Part shown: positions 48,954 through 59,932 of the stretch, piece after piece
How the letters are laid out: each line of letters begins with the position of its first letter
Position numbering within the stretch: the first letter of the stretch is position 1
Assembly (NCBI GenBank): GCA_973895155.1
Contig: OZ316893.1
Location: 11,227,660 to 11,291,659 of the forward strand
DNA from: Marsupella aquatica
Taxonomy: Eukaryota; Plantae; Marchantiophyta
DNA: 64,000 nucleotides
Reading direction: 5' to 3'
Notes under the pieces: generated by a model
Told to the model about the DNA's origin: nothing
The model's input: the letters and a program-made list of their open reading frames with translations, nothing else
Databases searched by the model: none
Made by a program: the position numbers and the translations under genes

Positions 48954-50931
48954 ATGCAGGGTTATACAGGGAAATCAGAGGATGACATTACTGAGCAAGA
49001 GCTGGGGGCTTTCAAGAGGTTCAAGGGGATCATCTTGGCCAGGGGATATCATTACCCGAAGAGGAACTCTGATGATACGTTGATGCGGTTCTTGCGAGCT
49101 CGGCAGCTGGACGAGAGGAACGCGGCGACTATGTACGGCGAGTACGTTAAATGGCGAAAAGAAACGAATATCGATTCCATTCTTCAGGTTTGTCTCCATG
49201 CAGATCCCTCACTGGACCTCTTTACACACTCTCGTATGTTGATGCACCTCTGACTAATCCGCTACTGTTGGGCACCCTTCTGAATTGCTGGTTGACGCTC
49301 TTCGTTTTCTATATTGCTAGTGTACGTCTTCAGTGATCCGTTTCATCGCAAAATTGACCGCCGTGTGCGAGGAATGACACAGTATGGTTGTCCTTTCCTT
49401 GCTCTCATCGGATATAGATGGATGCATTCCTTCACTCTGATACCCCGTCCTTTTGGCCTGATCTTAGTGGGCCCTATGGAGATGCAAGATATATGAACCA
49501 GAACAGCTGCTCTGTCCATTCCCTCCATAATCCATTTTACTTTCATTGAATAGGACAATTGATCCCAAATGAAGGGAGACAATTGTACTCAAGGGAATTG
49601 ATTCGATTTCTTTCTACGATGTGTGTTGTTATCATTGTACCTAATTGCCGTGGTCTTCTTTATCCCCTGTTTGGTGTCTCGGTAATGCTACATTCCTCGG
49701 TTTCAAGTACATCATAGCATTGAGCCAGTGGAACGTCCTTGTAGGCTAGATCCATGGTGCCATGTGGTCCTCTACAAGGTTTTTAGCTCTAAAAGCATGT
49801 TTGTTTGGATTGGTTGATTTCACGGGTTTGACTACTGGATCCTAGATGTGGAAGATCGGAAATGCAGCATGTTCGAGAAGTCGTAAGGATCAACTACTGA
49901 GGAATTCTTTATTCTTTGCAGACATATAAATATCCTGAGTTGCACAAAGTGATACACTACTGGCCACAAAATTGGCATAAGACGGACAAGGTGGGACGAC
50001 CTATTAACATTCAATTGCTTTCAAGGTATGCCAACTTTTGACGCGTATGGCTCTTTTCTTTGTTGCGTGCCTTCTCTATGTATCTTCGACTACAGGGGAG
50101 TTTTCTTGTCAATTGTGTTTGTTGCATTATGCAGTTTTGTGCTTCTTGGCCAATCGTGATCTATGTAAGTTTAGAGAAAATGTTAAGGTGTAAGGACAGT
50201 TGTGTAACCGATCTTTCTCTCACTTTTCCTGGCCCCTCATTACGACCATTGCTTAGGTCAGTTTCTTGAATGTTTCGTTGGTACAGAATGCGAGTGAAGG
50301 ATGTCTTCAGAGAAACAACCGAGGAGAGGTTATTGATGCGAGCTTTGTGGGTGTGGGAAGACCTCCATGAGAACAAACTCCCCGCTTGCAGTAGAGCGGC
50401 TGGTCACCATGTTGGCCGCGTGACAGTCGTGCTTGATGTCAAGGAGGTGGTAAGTCAATTTAGATTGATAGAATTGACAGCATCTCTGATTCGCTAAGAG
50501 GAGGTGTCAAACCGTCAACCTGATGACGTACTTCTTCTCGCTTAGTTTTGGTTTAAGTAACATTTCTCACCTACTGTAGTTGTGGAAAAATTGGGGGTTT
50601 GCAGAGTGTGTTGACTTTCACAAACGCCCACGTCCGCAAGGTACTCCCGAAGATGGCTCGCCTGTTTTCCAACTACTACCCTGAGTACCTTGGCCGCCTC
50701 ATCATCATCAACGCACCGGTTGCATTCAAGGTCCTGTGGGAGATGTTGAGCCCATTTGTAGACGAGCACACTCAGAAGAAAATTGGAATATATAAGGGTG
50801 ATGGACGAGAAGATCTGCTGAACACAATTGATGCTGAGAATCTCCCCGAATTCCTTGGAGGCAAGTGCAATTGTCCTGGAGGTTGTGAGCATTCAGTCAC
50901 AGGACCATGGAATGAATTGAAATATCGATGA
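48954..50931 (+). CDS. SEC14-like phosphatidylinositol/phosphatidylcholine transfer protein (CRAL-TRIO), 275 aa, 4 exons
   Basis: Exons 48954-49187, 49922-50025, 50287-50449, 50605-50931 join in frame with GT-AG introns. Motifs DDTLMRFLRARQLD, HKTDKVGRPI, LPACSRAAG..V.VLDV, NYYPEYLGRLIIINAP, LPEFLGGKCNCPGGC...GPW. Confidence 0.95.
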
Positions 50932-51299
50932 CGCGTGGAAAGTTACTGATGGTTCAGAGACTCCTGCAAACGATGAGGGAAACACTGTTGATGCTAATTT
51001 TTGGAGCTCTTAGGCTCTTCAAGGTACTTGCCAGAGAGGGCCTTACGGAGTCCTCAAATGAATGCGAGTAACACCACCCGCAACACCGAAACGAACTTCG
51101 GTAGACACCAATTGGGTTGGATTATTGGGTGTCATCTATCCAATGACCCTCGGTATCAAGGTCGGCAGAGTCCCAGTTTGACAACATTTGTGAAATTTTG
51201 CACTCTGTTACTGTGGGGAATGCTGTCCCCTGTTCCCATCAGTTCATACGGTGTTCTCGGTTGGATGAGTTCCTCATAACCTTATGAATCTGGAACTTT

Positions 51300-53360
51300 C
51301 AACTCCAAGAGCCGGAGGTAGCTCAGGCAGGCTTGTTCTCCTTGCTGGACACGGTCAAAACCGCTCCTCTGCCTTCAGCTGCCTCGTGGCTTTAAACAAC
51401 TTTGCGGGCCAATTCGAGATTTCAATTGGGTTGAAGGGGACCAATACTCGCCTGAGTTGAAATTTGCCCGAAGCCCACATCAAAAGGAACCAATCTCTGG
51501 TTTCTTGGCTATATGCCTTGCACCTTGTATACTACTTGACTTAGAAATTTTGTATCCGGCCTTGTTGCAGGAGTTCATAAATGGATTTTGTATTTTTGTC
51601 ACCAATTTGCAATTTGTTCATGCCAAATCAAGATCAAAAGGTTTCTGCGAGGCCCCGTTAACTTTTGTGATACCTTCAATCCAAAATCTATGTACATCGC
51701 CTCTATTCACTTAGCTAATTGTCTTTTACTGTCCTCTTCATGGCAATTGGGATTGGACGCTTTGAGATACACACCCTGCTCAATACTGGATAAGAATTAC
51801 AAGAACTGCTACTACGTCCATTTTGGTGGGAAAAAGGGTTTTGGGAGTGCGCACAAGATCCATTATAGAGCCGATTTCGAGTTCACGGAAGACTTGAAAA
51901 TCCTGTTTCAAGGAGTGACCTGAAAATGTGACTGTGAAGCTGTCTAGCTCAAGTCGCTGATGATCTTCCAACATTTGTTGGGATTCGGAGCGCTTCAGGC
52001 CAGTAAGTTGCTCCAGGCGTCCCCACGATCGGAAGCCCTTGTTCGTCACACGTTACTGAAAAGCGAATCCTTCATCAGTTTTCTACCTACGCCATGGGAG
52101 AAATTCAACAAAGCTTGAAAGAGATGATCAACGTGAAAATTAACTTCAAGACCCTTGCAAAGGGAATCTAGTCCTTGTAATCGTCCGACTTGCTCAACGT
52201 CATGACCAATCGCTCAATGTCAGAGAACGCCCACATCGCCTCCTTGAAGGTTTCCTCCCAGATCCACTCGCAAAGGTTGACGGCAATGTTCCATATTTTC
52301 CGGAGTTCCTGGTGCGGCGCAGAAGCTACGAAATGAACGAGATCTCCGGGTTCATCCGTGTTGAGATAGGTGGTATTGCCAAGGGTCAAGGTGAAATGCT
52401 TCAAGGCCATGCGGAGGACAATGGGGCTCATTGACTGTCAAATGAAATCTCGAAAAACGATAGAGCCTCGTTACGGATAGGCAGAGTTGAAGAGTTTGAT
52501 TGTACGGAAAGCGGATTGCAATTCGACAGATGACAAGCGAATTTCGAAAGGCAGCTCGGAAGAGAGTGAACTTTTCAAGAGGTTCACTGTCCGTGATGTC
52601 GGAAGGAGACGGCTCTTGAGCAACGATGCCGTAGTAACTCATCCTTAGTAGTAAGTGGCCAATAGTTGTAGAGCATAGGGTGTGATTTGGTACATACCTG
52701 AATGCTGCTGGCTCCCCATAATTTCGAATCTCAATCTTTTCTAGATCCTTAATGGTTCTCTCCCGGGCTGAACAGATTTTTCAGTCTGTACTTTCCGAGC
52801 CGTTGTTAACATACAAAGTTGAATTAGTGTATCTGATAAGTACTTGAGCTGCCCCGGTTGGCGGAAAACAGCTCAGCGCCAGGAGAAACACCTGCTCACT
52901 AGAAGACATGTTCGGCAACGGCTGGTTCAAGTTGAAGGAAGGAGCGTGCTGCGCAGTCTTTGGAGTGTTGTTGGCAGAAATGGTTGCCAAGACATGATCG
53001 ACAAATATTCCCTGATCTCTTCTTTCCGCCGTTCCAGCCTTCGAGATTTTCCAGCATTAGAAGATTGTGTATCTTTATCGACATTTTTGTGCTTCTTCTT
53101 TCTCATGGCCGAGATGCTCTGAGAATTCTCAATGGTCTGATTGTAAACCAAACCTTCATATTGTGAGCCTCTCAAGTTCTCATCATTGCCTGGAAGCACG
53201 CCAGCTTCTATGTCATCGAGTTGCTGATCGTAAGCCATAACTTGAGGGCCACCGTAGTCGCGGTGATCCTTGCTGCATTGAGAATGGACATTTCGTGGAT
53301 GAGACCACATTGCTTCTGATGAAAGCACCAACGTCCCGACAAGAAGCGTGGGCAATGCCT
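51300..53360 (-). pseudogene. Decayed long intronless ORF, unknown family
   Basis: Serial minus-strand ORF fragments (52927..53355, 52781..52990, 52352..52642, 52168..52431, 51780..52049) in shifting frames with globular-protein composition. Confidence 0.45.
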
Positions 53361-53739
53361 CTTCTCGGGTTCTACAAGAGAGGACATTGTTCAGAGTTGC
53401 TTACTTTGAGATTGAGATAGATTATGACTCAAAGTGGATCGCCAGGTCGCAGCTTCTACGGGTAACTATGTTTTAAACGTTTTCAGTGCTGGAAGGACCA
53501 AACGAGATGACGGATTTCTCTACTGACCGCAGGGTCCACACGAGAGAACTCGGTTGAATTGTCGTCAAGATGAAGTCCCGACTTTGATCGTGGTTGATGG
53601 AAGGGAAGGTGAAAAGAAAGTTACTCTTGGTTGGCGTGGAAGGCCCAGCAGCCCTGAGTAAACGTTACACTCAGCCGCGTTGACTAAGCCGCCGAACATG
53701 GAAACGAAATGCTGCCTCAGACTATGCCTTTAACACATT

Positions 53740-54190
53740 CTAGAATTTGGATATCAATTGTCCGATGAACGCATTGTAGAATTTGGATATGGTCCGATGT
53801 ATCTTTGAAGTAGAGACAGTATTGTACATATCGGTTCTAAGAGTCATTCTCATCGCTGGATGCGCTGCCAGCATCAGCTGCTTCCTTTTGCCAATTAATG
53901 GACCCCTAACAAAGGCATCTCTCATGTCGTTACTACTCGTCTGCATACCGTCAACGCCTAATCTCGAGTTCTTCCTTTCACTTGTCGGCTCTTGATGCTT
54001 GCAAGAGTGGCAATAGGCGACAGACCCGAGTCCTCTGCAATGTGAAAATTCAATTCATTAATAGTCGGGATTTGATAGGCGTTTTGAGCGCCGTCTTCAA
54101 GAAGTCCTTCTCTGTCGGCATATCCATCTGCATTGATTTCTGCCCTCAACAGCATGTCCATCTCCATCAGTGTGTGCTCATCCACATATT
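53740..54190 (-). pseudogene. Decayed coding fragment, unknown
   Basis: Two consecutive protein-like ORFs (53958..54185, 53740..53946). Confidence 0.3.
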
Positions 54191-54628
54191 TCCTACACGG
54201 TTACGTGTACTGCAAGACGGATTTTTCGATAATCACGACGAGTGCCTCACACATGATTACGCGGACTTCTTGATGTGTTTGCGACCTCCGAGATCAGATT
54301 GACGGGCAAGGTTGCAGAAAATATATTGTTGGTGTCATTGCAAAAAAACGTCTCCACATAAAAGATGTACAGTAGTTATGTGAAATATATTATTTTTGAG
54401 TTTCAGAGGCATGACATGTGTGCCCAAGGAAAGAGCGAAAGATGGACAGAAGGGCCAAGGTCTCTTCGATTATCAATTTGTAAAGAGCAAACGACGGGGA
54501 GAGGTATTGGACAGGTATCTGGGGTAAGGTCAAGGGCAGTCCCTTGGGCAGAGGCTAAGAAGAGACTCTATTTGGGCTTTGGAAAGACTCCAAGCAAACT
54601 GAAGACTCCTTTGTTATCTTGATAGTTT

Positions 54629-55199
54629 GAGAAACCACGGACATGATTCGGGAGAAACCGCGAAAAGCGACTGCCGTTGTCGAAATTATAATTTGAAGAC
54701 AATATGTATTATGTCTTCGGATTCAATGGGTTAATGCCTGAAGACTCAATGGATTATGCCTTCCCGTGTTTCAAGGTTTTGGGTTTAGGGTGTACCCCCG
54801 ACACCTTTGGGACTGTCTTCTTTTGAAATTGTTTGTATGCATTGCACAGGGGAGTATTATCATTTTGTCAATCATTTGCCAATTTTTGTTGTGGCAACAC
54901 TAGGCAAATTCCGAACATTGAACTTGAATATTCTTTGTGGACATTTGGAGGTACCCCACACTGACGCTGACAATCGTGCATGAAAATATCGTGAAAAACC
55001 CATGTGCGCAACGTGAAAAACATACCTAATAACTATCCCACGATACGGTAAAAATTTGAACCCGAAGACATAATCCATTGTGTTTTCAGGCATTAACCCA
55101 GTGAATCCGAAGACATAATGCATATTGTCTTCAAATCGCAGTTTCGACAGCGACAGTAGCTTTTTCGTGGTTTCTCCCAAATAATCTCTGTGGTTTCTC
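54629..55199. mobile_element. Foldback/MITE with ~135-bp imperfect terminal inverted repeats
   Basis: GAGAAACCAC...GAAGACAATATG.ATTATGTCTTCGGATTCA.TGGGTTAATGCCTGAA..CAATGGATTATG.CTTC at 54629-54763 is mirrored at ~55064-55199. TSD not evident. Confidence 0.8.
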
Positions 55200-55954
55200 G
55201 GTCGACCATGTAAATTTGACCGCACGGTTCAACTGTGCAATTTGCTTGGAGTCACCATCCATAGTAGGCATCACACAAGGACACGTGTAGGCACCACACA
55301 AGAACAGGTGTATTGGTCATTAAGAGGGGTCCTATTTGGTAAAAACAATTACCTAGGGGCCCATCAGGTAAGAAAGGTTCACCAGGGGGCCCATCAAGCA
55401 TATATCTCTAGTTTCTAATATATGAAGTTATGAACTACCAAACTTGAGGTTGATATGTACTATGATATCCTCAAAAATATCTTTTTGGGAAATAAAGAAG
55501 TTTCTACTAAAGTTGAGACTACAAAAGTTAAGTACATATATATATCACACAGCCAAAAATACAAGAATGCCAAACCTCTTTATGTATTTTCTATGGTTCT
55601 CCCCGGAATAAAGTTTGTCGGGCTTTGCCCTTTTTTGAAAAAATAAAAATAAATGCCAAACCAGCAGAAAAGATCCCACAGGAAGAAAAACATAAGAAAG
55701 AGAGAACCAATTAAAAGAGGGGAAAACTGCTAGAAGACCAAGAGCAAACCAAGAAGTCCCTCACAACAACTAAAAGGCCACTAAGAAGCAAGTAAGAACT
55801 AAAACCCTGGTAGACTGAACCCCCCACAATAACTAAAAGACTACTAAGAAGCAAACTAAGAACTAAACCCTACCAAGTAACTAGCTTTGAAGTTGACCAA
55901 AGGATTAGCCTGGAATCAAGAAGTCCCAGTTCAACCCCCCCCCCCCCCCCAAAC

Positions 55955-56097
55955 ACACACAAGGGGTGTGGAAGATATGTGTGAGTTTGTGCTGGTGGAG
56001 TATAGTGGTGGGAGTACTGGTTTCTCCACACAAAGGGTGTGGAAGATATGTGTGAGTTTGTGCTGGTGGGGTATAGTGGTGGGAGTACTGGTTTCTC
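55955..56097. repeat. ~71-bp tandem duplication after a poly-C run
   Basis: CACACAA.GGGTGTGGAAGATATGTGTGAGTTTGTGCTGGTGG.GTATAGTGGTGGGAGTACTGGTTTCTCC occurs twice. Confidence 0.9.
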
Positions 56098-56560
56098 CTC
56101 ACCTCTAGCTGGCTTCTTTGTGGTCTTGGTTCAACCCACTCTCCTTCCTGGTAGAGGTCCATGTCAGATCCCAGGGTATTGTCTCCCCTCGTGGGTTACC
56201 CTATGGTGGTGGATACACCTAAGTAGCAACTATATCCTCTGGTGGATGAGTCTACTTTGGGCAAAACAAAACAAAAAAGTAAAACCATATTGGGCTGAAC
56301 CCTACTGGACTAGACATTGAAGTGCCAGATAGAGCTCCAAAGTAGACTGAATCTGTCTACATATGTGTGTATGGGGCATAAAAGAAGTGGAGTACCCCAT
56401 AGTTTTGGAGGGATAAATGTCAAAAAAAGGGGAAACTGTTCGTGACTAAATTGACCTTTTCAAATTTCTAGGCCTCCAAATGATGGGGTACATTTTAAAG
56501 GTCATGTACCCCTAATAAACGGCTGGAGATGCTAACATTTTTTAAAGGTCAATTGACCCC

Positions 56561-57865
56561 TCAAATAGCCGGCTGGAGCTGCCATACGGCGTGCCGGGCT
56601 TGCCGAACCCCAAATCGCCAACTATTCAAGACCCAAGCCTTCGTGGGTGCCCCAGGAGGCTGCATCCCGGCGCGCTCCCTCGCGGCATGCAGCATCCACG
56701 ACGGCAGATCCGCAGGCACATAACGCCTCTCCGCGCGACTCCGCCAGGCCTCCGGCACGAGAGACACCAGCCATAGCGCCAGGAACACGACCAGCACGAC
56801 GGGGATGCCCAGCAGCGCGAAGATCACGTTGGGGATTTTGGCTCGCCGAACCAGACACCCCTGCTTCGCATCGCTGCCTAGGCCCTTTGGACCCCGCTGC
56901 AGCAGATTGTTGTTCCCCGCCGTCACCATAACCATGGAGTTCAGGATTTGCGCGATCGCAACCCCGGCGTTGCTCACCGCGGGCGTGTTGCTGCCGTCGT
57001 AGCAGGCCCCTTGGAACTCCTGTACCCAGTCACCTAAAGTCCAGCCGGTGTTCATGGCGCTGAGGATCTCGTTCGCGGCTGGGCTGTCGACGGCGCAGTG
57101 GAAACTGCGCATCACCATGTTGTCCGTGGGCAGGGCGCTGAGGTCGATGGAGGCCTTGATATGCCATGGCGCGAAGCTTGTAGAGGCGCTCCACGCGACG
57201 AGATGCTCGAATCCTAAGGCTTGACCAATTGAGACGTTGTAGTCTTGTTGATAGAGGTAGCCTTTGCTCTTGAGATCAGCTTCGATGAATGTGGAGTTGG
57301 TGCCTGGGCTGTATGTCTGGTCGTCATTTACGTCGGTGCAGACCCAGTTGGCGATGACGTCCTGGGGCTGGGCTCGGAAGTTAGGGGAGGCGTTTACCTT
57401 GCGGTAGATGCCTTGCAGGCCGCCGTTGGCGACGCTGAAGATCTGTGCGTTGGCGGCGACGAGCTTAGGCCGGCCGTTGAAGGGGGGCCCGTCGAAGATG
57501 TAGGGTCCCGTGGTGGAGCATACCATGCCGTGTCCAAAATCACAGCGGCTAGGGACTTGCACATTCTTCACCAAAGCGCCGACGAGGATGGTGTTTACGG
57601 GGGTGAGGACGGTGGCTAAAAGCATGAAGAGGCCCAGGACGGGTCCGCCAGGGACGTTCCACAGCGTGAAGGCGCTGGTGAAGAAGCTGAAGCCAGGGAC
57701 CCATCCGGTCATGCGGTGGATGGCCAGATCCTGGTTGTTGCGAAGTGTGGCTTTATTTGCTAGTTCACAGCATATTTGGCCGATGAGACCGAGAAGGAGG
57801 AAGGCAATGAAAAAGTAGGCGTGAAGGATAGGGCGGATTCTCTCCGCTTCGTAGTCGACGTACAT
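56561..57865 (-). CDS. Intronless 434-aa multi-pass membrane protein of unknown function, fungal-like
   Basis: Longest intact ORF in the window, visibly GC/GC3-rich with CpG retained relative to flanks. Two N-terminal hydrophobic helices, a large Cys-containing lumenal domain with N-x-S/T sites, a C-terminal TM, and a P..L..WM..AARE tail. TATA-like CTATAAG on minus near 58097. Confidence 0.85.
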   Translation of the reverse strand: MYVDYEAERIRPILHAYFFIAFLLLGLIGQICCELANKATLRNNQDLAIHRMTGWVPGFSFFTSAFTLWNVPGGPVLGLFMLLATVLTPVNTILVGALVKNVQVPSRCDFGHGMVCSTTGPYIFDGPPFNGRPKLVAANAQIFSVANGGLQGIYRKVNASPNFRAQPQDVIANWVCTDVNDDQTYSPGTNSTFIEADLKSKGYLYQQDYNVSIGQALGFEHLVAWSASTSFAPWHIKASIDLSALPTDNMVMRSFHCAVDSPAANEILSAMNTGWTLGDWVQEFQGACYDGSNTPAVSNAGVAIAQILNSMVMVTAGNNNLLQRGPKGLGSDAKQGCLVRRAKIPNVIFALLGIPVVLVVFLALWLVSLVPEAWRSRAERRYVPADLPSWMLHAARERAGMQPPGAPTKAWVLNSWRFGVRQARHAVWQLQPAI

Positions 57866-58346
57866 GATGGAAACTCAATGATGATGGTTGAGCGAAGAAA
57901 AGATTCTTAGGCCCAACTCGAATGTGAGCGGCCTTCTCTTTTGCGGCCTTTACCACTCGCGACACTTTCGGGAAAAATGAGGTCAGCTCCACTGTCTCGT
58001 TCCTAAGCCCTGCTACGGGCCATTTGCGAGAACAAACATACACCAGCAGCATGACACGAGAAACTAGATTGGGGATGAATCGAAGGAGAGAGCTTATAGA
58101 AATTTCGGGTACGCATAAAATTTCGGGACATAGATGAGTGGAATGTTCATCTGGCCCAGGACCGTGGACCGTAGACTGTGCAGCAGTCCACGAATTGGAA
58201 ATGAAATTCTTGCGGTGACGAATTTCGCTAGTACGTCTCTCCCGATTGAGTACAGAAGTGCGCAGCCAGAGAAAGGGAACTGAGGCTGTCGTTTGAACAT
58301 GTACTTTGTCTGGAAGAAATGAAGATGGCAGCGACTACAACAAGCT

Positions 58347-58428
58347 GAGCACACTGTCTCGCGATTGAAGAGCACACGAATTGAAACGAGCACACTGTCT
58401 CGCGATTGAAGAGCACACGAATTGAAAC
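58347..58428. repeat. ~41-bp tandem duplication
   Basis: GAGCACACTGTCTCGCGATTGAAGAGCACACGAATTGAAAC occurs twice, upstream of the 434-aa gene. Confidence 0.9.
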
Positions 58429-59569
58429 GTATGCACTGTGCAGTGTCAAAGTGAATGCAATTCCAAGACTTCCACAACTCCTGGCGATTGAAAAGGAAAG
58501 TAGAGGAAAAAGGGGAGCTATGGCACTTTACGAGGATGGCATCACTTTATATATACATGGGTATGTCAAATTGAGAGCCGAGGAAAAGTGTACGTGACTC
58601 TACCATAGACCACGATAAGCTTGTGATCTGCTGACTCAAATGTGTGAGGAAGAAAGCCTAGGTCTAGGTATCAAGGGCTGCGGCAAATGCTCACTTACGC
58701 ATACACTCGAACGGAGCATGGTTCACCGACTACTACATGAGGCAAGTAGTTAAATTTTCCCCTGTGACAAACAACGAAATCTCAAGCTTGGCCGCCGTAT
58801 CCTATAGTATGCGCAGCCAAATCGGGTCTCTTCCCATGGACAAACCTTTGGCAATCATCACCGACCTCAACATGCGAGGACAGCACAGATGTATATTTAG
58901 CAGCGTGAATTGCCACGGCCTTGCACCACGCATTGACTTCTAAGATGATACTTAACAGCTTGCGATGCCACGGCCTTGCAATCACGCATTGACTTCTAAG
59001 ATGAATTCTCTAAACGGCGCTATCGACGCCGTCTTTCCCTATCGATGTGAGGCATTCCTACGAGAGACTCTTAGTTGTCATGTGGTGGCTGCAAATCGCC
59101 CTAAGCAAAGTCAAGATTCTTATGGGGCTAGAATTTAGGTAGCTATAACTCGTTACCCGAGGAACTTCCGTTTATGGCCTTGGCCCCCCTTGACCATATT
59201 TCATTTATGGCACTGTTTTGACCAGCCTTAGTGTATCCAATGCAAACTGACCAGCCTTAGTGTATCCAATGCAAACTGACCAGACTAAACTATATCTTGT
59301 GGTATAGTGTGCGCAGTGCAAACCGCCCAACCCTTGGCTTCCGCGAGGCCGAACAGCGTGAACAATGGAGGGTTGATTAAGGGAGCAACGCCTGGGCACA
59401 GGGCTCCTATGGATATAATTAAACAGACAAGATACACAATATGGTGTTAGAGACACAATAGTCTAAACAAAGTTAACCCTACCGGTATGGGACATGAACC
59501 TCCTACTGATAACAGATTAGCTACTGTAGATAGTAAAGAATAAGATCTAATCTTGTGCAGATAATGAAG

Positions 59570-59932
59570 CCCTTATGGGACATGTTTCTACTAATGACAT
59601 ACTGGCTACTCTAGATAATAATGAATATGACCAAGCCGTTATGGGACATGTTTCTCCTAATGACATACTTGCTACTCTAGATAATAATGAATATGATCTT
59701 GTGCAGATAATTCATATGATCTAATCTTGTCTCATGTGTCATGTGTTGTCTCATGTGAAGATGTAAAATGTCCTGGGACCCTAGATATAAAGTGAGCATC
59801 TTGTCTCATGTGTCATGTGTTGTCTCATGTGAAGATGTAAAATGTCCTGGGACCCTAGATATAAAGTGAGCATCCCAGAATGTGTCGTAGGGTGGCTTTA
59901 CAAGAACGTCTTAGGGTGGCTTTACAAGAACT
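59570..59932. repeat. Cluster of short tandem duplications (~66, ~74 and ~24 bp units)
   Basis: TTATGGGACATGTTTCT..TAATGACATACT.GCTACTCTAGATAATAATGAATATGA x2; ATCTTGTCTCATGTG...GATATAAAGTGAGCATC x2; TAGGGTGGCTTTACAAGAAC x2. Confidence 0.85.

Noticed and set aside
49314-49496. ORF inside SEC14 intron 1 as an extra exon
   Set aside because: The four-exon model is already complete and in frame; this ORF has no SEC14 similarity.
56591-57818. Several plus-strand ORFs over the 434-aa gene
   Set aside because: Shadow ORFs caused by high GC3.
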